NCBI GenBank assembly: GCA_037190965.1
Contig: JBBCKI010000054.1
Span: 1-14,543, forward strand
Source of the DNA: Chthoniobacteraceae bacterium
GTDB taxonomy: Bacteria; Verrucomicrobiota; Verrucomicrobiia; Chthoniobacterales; Chthoniobacteraceae
Length of the DNA stretch: 14,543 nt
Direction of reading: 5' to 3'
Positions 6,831 to 14,543 of the stretch are shown one piece after another. Below the pieces are notes generated by a model that had not been told where the DNA came from, made no database searches, and saw only the letters and a program-made list of their open reading frames with translations. Every line of letters starts with the position of its first letter. Positions within the stretch are counted from its first letter, which is position 1. A program made the translations under genes and the position numbers.

Positions 6831-8009
6831 TCATCGGCAGCCGATCCGGCGTCGCACGAACGCCAGTGCCGCCACCCCACCGGCGAGCAAAGCCCACATA
6901 TTGGGTTCGGGAATCGCCGCGGTGGCAATCGTTTGATCCTCAAACCGCAGCCATTCGATACTGTAGAGAGATTTCTGGAACCCGAAACCTTCGAGGATCA
7001 GTTCATCTCCGCCGTTGGCGTACCAGAGAAGCGTATAGTCGGCAAAATCTCCGCCAAGGACGACGGTGTCCTCCCCGGCATCCCCGAAGATCGAGTCGTT
7101 CTGCCCCAGCGCGAAAATCACGTCATCCCCTTCTGCGCCGTGGATCAGGTTATCATCACCGGCACGGCCCAGGATCGTATCGCTTTCCTTCCCACCCCAG
7201 ATCGCCATTCCTGCGATCTGTGAGGCGATGCTCTCCCCGCTGGCGCCCCACTCGATCTGGAAAAAAGTGTTGTCTCCGCTTTCGCGAAACAGGTTGAAAT
7301 GCGCCTGATCGCCAGCCCCGTAAGCGGGTAGCAAATGCAGCGTTTCATCCAGATAGCCAGTGCTCTTTGTCCAGCCAACAGGAAGCACCGCGCGTTCAAA
7401 ATAGTCATCCAGTTCCGCATCGGTCGGAGCGCCGCTTGCCCCCATGATGTATTTATTCCCCCATTGGTCGGTGATATAGTAACGCTTGATCAGCGTCCCT
7501 CCCGGGATGTCACCCTCCGTCGCCCAGAAGATCATCTCCTGGTTCTTCTCGTTGGAACTGAACTTGATCGTGCGATCCGGCGGCGTCACCACGAAGGAGG
7601 CGGAGTGGTAAGGATTTGTCGGGAAAGGGAGTGCGGAATAGTCGCCCCACATCGCGCTTTGAATCTGGGCGATGAACTTCCAAGTGTACGCGGCCCCGCT
7701 GCCATCAGTCCCGATATTTGCGATAATCACCTCTCCCTCCGGTTTCCCCGGGCTGCTGAAGGTATGTTCCGCGTTGAATTCGGGGTTTCGCGGGGAGTTT
7801 TTCAGATAGTCATCGGGAGGAACAAAGCTTACCCACTCACTCTCCTCAATAGGGTTCGTCCCGTCGTTGAGGTAAACCCGGGTGTACCCCCTAAAGTCGT
7901 TATCCGAGGCTTCGGTAATATCGGCAATCTCATAACCCGCATGCAGGGAATGGCCTACTGCCAAAGAGAGGAGCAGAAGAGTGCGAATCGATGGAGAGAA
8001 AGGATTCAT
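6831..8009 (-). CDS. PEP-CTERM sorting domain protein with RTX-like Ca-binding repeats
   Basis: Sec-like signal peptide (IRTLLLLSLAVGHSLHA), GGKESDTILGRAGDDNLIHGAEGDDVIF...GDAGEDTV repeats, and a C-terminal IPEPNMWALLAGGVAALAFVRRR (PEP, TM helix, basic tail). Confidence 0.92.
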   Translation of the reverse strand: MNPFSPSIRTLLLLSLAVGHSLHAGYEIADITEASDNDFRGYTRVYLNDGTNPIEESEWVSFVPPDDYLKNSPRNPEFNAEHTFSSPGKPEGEVIIANIGTDGSGAAYTWKFIAQIQSAMWGDYSALPFPTNPYHSASFVVTPPDRTIKFSSNEKNQEMIFWATEGDIPGGTLIKRYYITDQWGNKYIMGASGAPTDAELDDYFERAVLPVGWTKSTGYLDETLHLLPAYGAGDQAHFNLFRESGDNTFFQIEWGASGESIASQIAGMAIWGGKESDTILGRAGDDNLIHGAEGDDVIFALGQNDSIFGDAGEDTVVLGGDFADYTLLWYANGGDELILEGFGFQKSLYSIEWLRFEDQTIATAAIPEPNMWALLAGGVAALAFVRRRIGCR

Positions 8010-8051
8010 ACCCTTTGTGGGATACCCTCATCCACCCCCATTGCACGTGAT

Positions 8052-8086
8052 TCTTCGTGAACCGGGCCAACTAGTTCACGAACAGG
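8052..8086. promoter_or_regulatory. Putative LytTR-binding repeats
   Basis: Minus-strand CTGTTCGTG and CGGTTCACG are 21 bp apart and resemble the AlgR-type CCGTTCGTC site. They lie between the divergent PEP-CTERM and LytS-like genes. Confidence 0.65.
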
Positions 8087-8132
8087 GCCGCCCGGCGCAA
8101 AAGTCGCCTTTTGTCCGGGCACCCGGGAAGCT

Positions 8133-9245
8133 ATGCTCATCCGGGTGAACCTAAAGAACGCCCTCGCCCCCGGCAGCCGGAACTCACTTTTCTGGCGTTT
8201 GCAGGCAATCGGCTGGGCCGGCACCCTGCTGGTTTCCGTGGGGATGGTTTTCTACCTGCCAATGCAGGACATCCTCATCCTCACGTTTCTTCGCTCCATG
8301 ATAGGGCTCCTTATCACCTCCCTTGCCCTGCGCCCTCTTTATCAGCAGACCCGGCGGACATCCTCCCTCTACAGCGGGTCACGAATCGGGCTTATCGCCT
8401 GTTGTTGTGTCACTGCCGGATTGGCCGATACCTATCTTACCAGCCAAGCCGCCCGGTTGCTGGCCCCTGCCCACACGGATCTCCTGGGGTTGCGGCAGTT
8501 TCTGGCCTTCAGCACGCTCATCCGGACGGTCCTTTACGGGTTCTGGAGCATCCTCTATTTCGGCATTCATTACTGGATCGATACCCAGCAGCAACAGCTT
8601 CAAGCGGAGAGAACAGAGGCGGCGCTCCAGGTCGGGGAGTTGCAGATGCTTCGGTCACAAGTCAACCCTCACTTTCTTTTCAACGCGCTCAACTCCATTC
8701 TCGCCGCCACTAACGAGCCGCCCATGGCGCGGAAGATCACGCTCGCACTGGCAGACTACCTTCGGTTTTCCCTCCAGCAACGAGGCAATATGGAACGCCT
8801 GAGCGTGGAGATCTCGGCATTGAGAAGCTACCTTCAGGTGGAGAAATCCCGCTTTGAAACAAACCTGGAATACTGCATCGACACCGCCGCGCCCGCCCTT
8901 CAAACCGTCGTCCCCGTAGCCGTGGTCCAGCCGCTCCTGGAGAACGCTCTCAAGTATGGTGGCCAATCCGCCATCCGGCCATTGAAGATTGCCATTCGGG
9001 CCCATATCGAAGGAGAAACCCTCGTCTTGAGCGTGACGAATTCAGGCCAATGGATCGAGCCCGGTGTACCCGGCTCCACCGGTATCGGTCTTGCCAACTT
9101 GCGCCGTCGCCTTCACCTTCTCTATGGAGCATCAGCCTCGGTCGTTCACGAATCGTCGTCCAACGAGGTTACTGCCCGAGTCCGCCTCCCCTTGACCCCT
9201 CCAGCACCCGTTCATGGCAACTCCATTGAAAGTCCTGTTGGTTGA
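8133..9245 (+). CDS. LytS/YehU-type sensor histidine kinase
   Basis: Four N-terminal hydrophobic segments, H-box ELQMLRSQVNPHFLFNALNSI, LADYLRFSL, N-box QPLLENALKYG and G-box STGIGLANLRRRL. An alternative GTG start lies at 8145. Confidence 0.93.
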   Translation: MLIRVNLKNALAPGSRNSLFWRLQAIGWAGTLLVSVGMVFYLPMQDILILTFLRSMIGLLITSLALRPLYQQTRRTSSLYSGSRIGLIACCCVTAGLADTYLTSQAARLLAPAHTDLLGLRQFLAFSTLIRTVLYGFWSILYFGIHYWIDTQQQQLQAERTEAALQVGELQMLRSQVNPHFLFNALNSILAATNEPPMARKITLALADYLRFSLQQRGNMERLSVEISALRSYLQVEKSRFETNLEYCIDTAAPALQTVVPVAVVQPLLENALKYGGQSAIRPLKIAIRAHIEGETLVLSVTNSGQWIEPGVPGSTGIGLANLRRRLHLLYGASASVVHESSSNEVTARVRLPLTPPAPVHGNSIESPVG

Positions 9246-9951
9246 CGATGAACCCCCGGCTCGCCGGTGGTTGAAGACCCTGTTGGCCCCCTACCCCGAC
9301 ATCGTCCTCATCAGCGAAGCCGGGACCCTCCCGGAAGCCGTTTGTTTATGGGAAGCGGAGAAGCCCGATGTCATTTTCCTCGACGTGCAAATGCCCCCGG
9401 CAAACGGCTTCGACCTCCTGCCGCTTCTCCACCCGTTGCCCCGCATTGTTTTCGTGACCGCGCATGACACCTATGCCGTCCGGGCGTTTGAAGCCAACGC
9501 GCTTGACTACCTCCTGAAGCCCGTGGATCCCGATCGCCTGGCGGAAACCTTGCGCCGCGTTCGTTCTGCACCGGCTCCTCCTCCGCCTCCGGCTTCGGGC
9601 AGCCTTCAACCGGACGATCTCGTACCCCTTCGCGATGGCGGATTCCAACGCATCGTCCCGGTTCGGGATATTGCCCTCATCGAAGCCGAAGGCGCTTATA
9701 CAAAGATCCGCCTGCGCGGGCATTCCCCCATGATCCTTCTGCGGCGGTTGCGGGAGTGGGAAGCCATGCTGCCCGCCCCACCCTTTTTCCGGATCGATCG
9801 CTCGACCATCATGAACCTCACCCTCGTGCGGAAAGTACACCGCATCGACCGCGATGAAACCCACCTGGAGCTTGAGCAGGCAGGTGCACTCTCCCTCAAC
9901 CGCATCGCAGCCCGTCGTTTGCGGAAACTTCTGAGAACCGCATCGCTATAA
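9214..9951 (+). CDS. LytTR-family response regulator
   Basis: Receiver domain (LLVDDE, FLDVQMP, FVTAHD, DYLLKP), Pro-rich linker and LytTR domain (IEAEGAYT, FFRIDRSTIMNL). It overlaps the kinase stop. Confidence 0.95.
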   Translation: MATPLKVLLVDDEPPARRWLKTLLAPYPDIVLISEAGTLPEAVCLWEAEKPDVIFLDVQMPPANGFDLLPLLHPLPRIVFVTAHDTYAVRAFEANALDYLLKPVDPDRLAETLRRVRSAPAPPPPPASGSLQPDDLVPLRDGGFQRIVPVRDIALIEAEGAYTKIRLRGHSPMILLRRLREWEAMLPAPPFFRIDRSTIMNLTLVRKVHRIDRDETHLELEQAGALSLNRIAARRLRKLLRTASL

Positions 9952-9985
9952 GCCTATGAACTGAGACGACTATTCCTGACGTTAA

Positions 9986-10017
9986 GGTCAGCCCTGGGTC
10001 TGACCCTCCCTTTTTTT
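9986..10017 (+). terminator. GGTCAG/CTGACC hairpin followed by T7, possible terminator or REP-like element
   Basis: GGTCAG (9986-9991) pairs with CTGACC (10000-10005) around an 8-nt loop. The T7 tract at 10011-10017 is 5 nt from the stem. Confidence 0.4.
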
Positions 10018-10092
10018 ATTAGTCTGGAAGTTGAGGCCGTTGAGAGATAGCAGGGGACGGTTTGATTGACGGCTCTTGATGTTGACACTAGG

Positions 10093-10851
10093 ATGAGGGG
10101 TATGTCAAAGGCTCTCCTCATGCTGGCCGTCTGCGGATGGATATTGATTTCCGGAGCTCGGGCTGATGGAGAGCAAGCCATCAAGGCAGTTGCGTTTGAC
10201 GCATTTCCCATCTTTGATCCTCGCCCAATCGAAGCCGTGGCGAAGGAGTTGTTTCCGGAGAAGAGCGAGAAGCTGATGAATTTGTGGCGTTCGAAACAAT
10301 TCGAGTATCAATGGCTGCGGGCGCTGGGCGGGAATTACAAGAACTTTGAAGAGATAACGGAGGATGCGCTGGTTTATGCCGCCCGCCAGCTTGAGATTCC
10401 GCTACCCGACGATCTCCGTAAAAAGCTGTTGGCGCCGTATGCCGCACTTTCCGCATGGCCGGACGCAAAAGCCGCCGTCGGCAAGCTAAAGGCGAAGGGC
10501 TACAAGGTTGTTTTCCTATCGAATATGACCGAGAAGATGCTTCGGTCGGGATTGGCGGCATCGGATCTGGAAGAGGTCTTCGATGACGTATACAGCACTG
10601 ATTCGATAAAGACCTTCAAGCCAAGCTCCGCAGCGTATCAAATCGCACTCGACAGGTTGCGCCTCTCCCGCGAGGAGATTCTGTTCGTGGCTTTCGCGGG
10701 TTGGGATGCGGCAGGTGCAAAATGGTTTGGTTATCCGACATTCTGGGTGAACCGCGCCGGGCGCTCCCCGGAAGAACTCGGGGCCAAGGTCGACGGCTCG
10801 GGCCGCGATTTGCAGGCGTTGCTGGAATTTCTCGATGCGTCCGAACGTTGA
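10093..10851 (+). CDS. Type II haloacid dehalogenase-like HAD hydrolase with a predicted signal peptide
   Basis: Motifs AVAFDAFP, WRSKQFEYQW, FLSNM, FKP...Y, FVAFAGWDAAGAKWFG and WVNR. The N-terminus is hydrophobic and ends in ARA. The start is ATG 10093 or 10102. Confidence 0.9.
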   Translation: MRGMSKALLMLAVCGWILISGARADGEQAIKAVAFDAFPIFDPRPIEAVAKELFPEKSEKLMNLWRSKQFEYQWLRALGGNYKNFEEITEDALVYAARQLEIPLPDDLRKKLLAPYAALSAWPDAKAAVGKLKAKGYKVVFLSNMTEKMLRSGLAASDLEEVFDDVYSTDSIKTFKPSSAAYQIALDRLRLSREEILFVAFAGWDAAGAKWFGYPTFWVNRAGRSPEELGAKVDGSGRDLQALLEFLDASER

Positions 10852-10936
10852 TCCGGCTCGAAATCTTCGTGGATTCGCGAAGTATCGAAGATAACAAGGG
10901 ATTCTTGACGAGCATCCGGACGTTTGTGCACGTCAA

Positions 10937-10952
10937 AGACTTCCAATTGAGT
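10937..10952 (+). repeat. 16-bp direct repeat, right copy (attR-like)
   Basis: AGACTTCCAATTGAGT is identical to 4834-4849. Confidence 0.75.
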
Positions 10953-10990
10953 TTTGAGCAATAGGATCAGAATCCCTGCTCTTGAAACCG

Positions 10991-11029
10991 AAAAAAGTCC
11001 CGCCCCCAAACTCGGGGTCGGGACTTTTT
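10991..11029. terminator. Bidirectional intrinsic terminator, copy 2
   Basis: AAAAAAGTCCCG-CCCC-CAAACTC-GGGG-T-CGGGACTTTTT, 30 bp downstream of the autotransporter stop. Confidence 0.85.
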
Positions 11030-11059
11030 GATGATTGGCTTTAACCAACAGGTCGCTTC

Positions 11060-14000
11060 TTAGAAGCTAATGCGGAAGCCGCCGTTGACGCTGTTGGAGT
11101 TGTAATTCGAACGGCCGATGTCGCCGGTGTAGTAGGCGAACACGGCGAAATTCGGATTGAACTGCGCAGTGACGCCCGCATCGAGCAGAAGCCCGTCGCG
11201 GCCGAGGTTCGGTCCGCGCGTGGTGAACGTGCTGCCACCGGCGGCGAAGCTCGATTCAACCGCCGCCGTGCTGTCGAGGTATTCGTGCAACCACTGGGCG
11301 CGTACTTCCGGTGTGATGACAATCCCGCCGACGTTGAAGGCATAGGATGCCTTCAGGCCCAGGGTGGATTTCAGCGAATCCTGATTCTGGGACTTGAAGT
11401 GAAGCGGAGCGTCGGATCCATTTTCCGTGAAGCTATCCAACCCGATGTAGGTATACCGCAACGACGCCACCGGCCCGAAGGTGAACCCACCCGTGCAGAT
11501 GTCGTAACCGCCGCCGAGGAGCGCGTCAAACTCGCCGCCATGGGTGCTGCCATTGGCTTTTCCACCGAGCGTCGAGCGCTTGGTATCATACGAGTTGTAG
11601 GCACCGCCCACGAGAGCGTTCAGGTAGAGGCCATCGTTATAGACCGTGGCGTAGACGCCGGCGCGACCGCTGTTGAGATCGATCTTGCCGCCGTTGTTCA
11701 GATCCGAGTCGGTATTGGTGTACCCTGCTGTCAGACCAACCACGAGGTTACGGTTCACCCGGTAATCCGCGCCCACCGTGACACCTCCGGTCGTGAACTC
11801 GGAGCCGCGTGCGTTCCCTGTCGTTTCCACATCGGCCCATTCGCCCGTGCCGGTGGCGAAGAAGCTCCAGCGGCTTTCCGAGATGATCGGGGCTACCGTC
11901 TGCTTGCCGACGATGCTCTTGCCGACCCAACCCGCGAGGGTGAGGCCGTCCTTCTCGTTGCTCAACGGCATTCCGTTGTAATTGAGCGAGCCGCGCGAAT
12001 TGCTTAGCGCGAGGCCGTTGGTGCTAAATCCGGACGCTCCGTTGCGGGCATCCTCCAAACGCCGCTCGATGTTACCAAACTGAATCTGCGAGGTCGCAAA
12101 CCCGATATTGAAGATCGCCGCGAACTGCTCGGGCGACAGCAACGAAAGCGTATCGGGGATATCGCCCAGAGGCAGGGTGTTGAGCTTATCGATCAACTTC
12201 CGGGCTCCGCGCTTGTTGAGAATCGAGTCGAGTCCCTTCGCCACGGCTTTCTGGTTCGGAGTGAGGCCGGAAACATCCGAGAACTTGCCTTGTTCGAAGC
12301 TCAACGTGACGTCGTAGCTGTCGTAGCTAACCTTCGGCTTCAGCATTGTCGGGGTCAGATTCTTGATGTTGCTGAACTCCCCTTCAATGACGCCTTCCCC
12401 AGTTGAGAGGATGGTGTAGGACTTGTTTACCTTGGGCGTGAACCCACCCCGATAAGCAAGCAGCAGGCTTCCATTAAGCTCCGCGTCACCCCAGACGAAT
12501 AGATAGTCGTGATCGTGCTTATTGATCTCCACGAAATAGGCACCCGACCCTGTCTGGATATAGTTCCCATCGATGACGAGGGTGCCGATAGAGTGCCCCG
12601 GGCTCACAAATGACTGGTTGTATACATCGCCATAGATGAAGCCGTTGCCGCCAAGCAAGCCGCCCACAACCTCGACACGGCCCGCGATCGAGCCGTCCAC
12701 CAGGAGGCTGCCTCCGTAGACGTTGGTGCCACCGTAATATTCGTGAGCTCCCACCAGCGTCGTCTCACCCGAGAAATGATTGACCGTGATGCTTCCGAAG
12801 ATCTGGGGCGTGAAGGTGTAGTCTTTGCTGGTGTGATTGAAGTTGATGGTGCCGTTGCTGGCAGGGGCAAAGCCCTGTCCCGACCCCGACGTCCCAACGA
12901 CTGCCCCGGCATCAAGGTAACCGGCTCCTGTCGCGGCTTCTCCCGGCGCACTGCCGATGTTCAACGTTCCGACACCGCCCTCGCCGCCCAGGTAGACCAC
13001 CCCTCCGAGGGAAGGCTCGCTATCGAATCCGATCATCATGGATTCAACTCGAACCACGCCTCCATTGGAAATGGTCAGAGAGCCTTCGCCATAGGTGCCG
13101 ATGCTGAGATTGGCACCGCTTTCCCAGAGAGATCCGGCGCCGGTGACAAGAACGCTTCCCGTTCCTCCCTCCCCCCACCCGATGAAGGCCTCCCAGTCGT
13201 TGCGTACATAGCCTCCGTTGGAAATCGTGAGTGAACCCGTTCCATAGTTGCCAACGGTAAGCCCATCATCAATGCTCCACTGGGATCCGCTGCCTGTAAC
13301 AACGACTTGCCCCGACGATCCGTTTTCGTTGCCGACAGCGCCGTCATCATCGGTGTAGACATAGCCGCCGTTGGAAATCGTGAGTGAGCCCGTTCCATAG
13401 TCGCCAACGATAAGCTCATCATCAATACTCCACTGGGATCCGCTGCCTGTAACAACGACTTGCCCTGTCGATTCTTCTTCGCGACCGATGTAGCCGCGGC
13501 TGCTGGAGACGGAACCGGCTTCGGAAATCGTGAGGGAGCCCATTCCTCCGTTGCCGACGTAGAGGTCCCAACCAATCTCCAACTTGGACCCGCTCCCTGT
13601 AACAACGACTTGACCCGTCGATCCGACTTCGTTGGCGATATAGCCATCCTCAACGGTGTTGACATAGCCCCCCGCGGAAATCGTGAGGGAGGCAGTCCCT
13701 TCGTCGCCGACGTGGAGGTCCTCACCAATCTCCCACTCGGACCCGCTGCCCGTAACAACGACGTGCCCCGTCGATCCGAGATTGTCGCCGATTCTGCCGT
13801 CGTCTCTGGTGAAGACATAGCCTCCGGCGGAAATCGAGAGGGAGCCCGTCCCTTCGTAACCAACGCGGAGGACATCATAAATATTCCACTGGGAACCAGT
13901 GCCGCTGACGGACGCAGAAGCAATGCTCTCGTGAATCGTTCCAAGGGATCCGTTGTTGGATTCGGCGAAACCACCGTTGACGATTTGCAGGCTTCCTTGC

Positions 14001-14320
14001 TCGATAGAAAAATCGCTAGTCGAGTGACTGATGAAAGCGTTGGAGCCGGAAAGCGTCAGCGTTCCACCGTAAATTTCAGTCCCGCCGGAATAGGTACTTG
14101 ACCCGGTCAAGAGCAACGTACCACCCCCGAATTTCTGCAAAATCGAACCGTCGTCATCGGTTAAATTTGTGTTAACCGTCCGAACTCCCTCGATTTCGCT
14201 CACATCGTAAACATTGTGCGCCGGTATCGCTGTGAGTAGCGGGGCGGTCATCAGCACAACGGTTGCGCCGAGTAATATTGATTTGCGGTGAAAACGGCTG
14301 CCGGCTCGATGCTTTTTCAT
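11060..14320 (-). CDS. Autotransporter (type Va) with passenger-associated and T5SS/PEP-CTERM-associated beta-strand repeats
   Basis: Signal peptide, LQKFGGGTLLLTGSSTYSGGTEIYGGTL repeat, tandem VTGSGSxW...VGxxGTGSLTISxGG units, VSPGHSIGTL and LTPNQKAVA linker. The C-terminal beta-barrel (TPEVRAQWLHEY) ends in GFRISF with a terminal Phe. Confidence 0.95.
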   Translation of the reverse strand: MKKHRAGSRFHRKSILLGATVVLMTAPLLTAIPAHNVYDVSEIEGVRTVNTNLTDDDGSILQKFGGGTLLLTGSSTYSGGTEIYGGTLTLSGSNAFISHSTSDFSIEQGSLQIVNGGFAESNNGSLGTIHESIASASVSGTGSQWNIYDVLRVGYEGTGSLSISAGGYVFTRDDGRIGDNLGSTGHVVVTGSGSEWEIGEDLHVGDEGTASLTISAGGYVNTVEDGYIANEVGSTGQVVVTGSGSKLEIGWDLYVGNGGMGSLTISEAGSVSSSRGYIGREEESTGQVVVTGSGSQWSIDDELIVGDYGTGSLTISNGGYVYTDDDGAVGNENGSSGQVVVTGSGSQWSIDDGLTVGNYGTGSLTISNGGYVRNDWEAFIGWGEGGTGSVLVTGAGSLWESGANLSIGTYGEGSLTISNGGVVRVESMMIGFDSEPSLGGVVYLGGEGGVGTLNIGSAPGEAATGAGYLDAGAVVGTSGSGQGFAPASNGTINFNHTSKDYTFTPQIFGSITVNHFSGETTLVGAHEYYGGTNVYGGSLLVDGSIAGRVEVVGGLLGGNGFIYGDVYNQSFVSPGHSIGTLVIDGNYIQTGSGAYFVEINKHDHDYLFVWGDAELNGSLLLAYRGGFTPKVNKSYTILSTGEGVIEGEFSNIKNLTPTMLKPKVSYDSYDVTLSFEQGKFSDVSGLTPNQKAVAKGLDSILNKRGARKLIDKLNTLPLGDIPDTLSLLSPEQFAAIFNIGFATSQIQFGNIERRLEDARNGASGFSTNGLALSNSRGSLNYNGMPLSNEKDGLTLAGWVGKSIVGKQTVAPIISESRWSFFATGTGEWADVETTGNARGSEFTTGGVTVGADYRVNRNLVVGLTAGYTNTDSDLNNGGKIDLNSGRAGVYATVYNDGLYLNALVGGAYNSYDTKRSTLGGKANGSTHGGEFDALLGGGYDICTGGFTFGPVASLRYTYIGLDSFTENGSDAPLHFKSQNQDSLKSTLGLKASYAFNVGGIVITPEVRAQWLHEYLDSTAAVESSFAAGGSTFTTRGPNLGRDGLLLDAGVTAQFNPNFAVFAYYTGDIGRSNYNSNSVNGGFRISF
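13065..13915 (-). repeat. Intragenic tandem repeats, about six units of 150-153 bp
   Basis: GTAACAACGAC recurs at 13296, 13449, 13599 and 13752 (spacing 153/150/153), with more diverged units on either side. Confidence 0.9.
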
Positions 14321-14543
14321 AATGATTAATTATTACTATTTAGGCACGTATCAGGAAAACCCCGGTACAAGCGTGCGGTATTACAACGACGCTGAAGCAA
14401 AGATCAATGCATTCATTCGCCTTTGAAGAATATTCCGCCAATTCAACAAAAGTTTTTCAAAAACACAGAACTATCTCAAAATCAAATACTTACGAAATGC
14501 GATAGAAAAACTCCAGGAGATGAGCGTCCGCATAAATGCGGTG

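Larger units (their letters stand above)
4850..10952. mobile_element. Putative direct-repeat-flanked accessory island (~6.1 kb) with no integrase
   Basis: Bounded by identical 16-bp repeats. The cargo is functionally heterogeneous. Deleting the segment places mqo ~40 bp from the bidirectional terminator at 10991. Confidence 0.55.

Noticed and set aside
13206..13465. Near-identical repeat pair as a DGR template/variable region
   Set aside because: The six differences are not adenine-specific on either strand, both copies are in frame inside the gene, and no reverse transcriptase is present in the window.
13284..13762. Regularly spaced repeats as a CRISPR array
   Set aside because: The period is 150-153 bp and in frame, the intervening sequences are homologous to each other, and there are no cas genes.
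13075..14101. Repetitive alternative-frame ORFs (299 aa minus, 213 aa plus)
   Set aside because: They are frame and antisense by-products of the autotransporter tandem repeats.

Overview
A bacterial chromosomal window, GC-rich by eye and probably Verrucomicrobiota/Chthoniobacterales-like; the taxon is inferred from the PEP-CTERM protein and the repeat-rich autotransporter. Left part: a small XRE-family regulator with two upstream palindromic operator-like sites, a minus-strand aroC-cvpA-like-hypothetical cluster, and a divergent mqo. A perfect 16-bp direct repeat (AGACTTCCAATTGAGT, 4834-4849 over the mqo stop codon, and 10937-10952) brackets a ~6.1-kb accessory segment with no integrase. The segment carries a TrxB-like FAD oxidoreductase, a 204-bp IS4-like MITE (18-bp TIRs, 11-bp TSD), a c4/CI-like antisense-RNA plus terminator/antiterminator leader in front of a 73-aa orphan ORF, a PEP-CTERM protein with RTX-like repeats divergent from a LytS/LytTR two-component pair, and a signal-peptide-bearing type II HAD. 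The right end is a 1086-aa autotransporter with 50-51-aa tandem passenger repeats. I found no tRNA, rRNA or CRISPR array. All family assignments come from motif recognition, not database searches.
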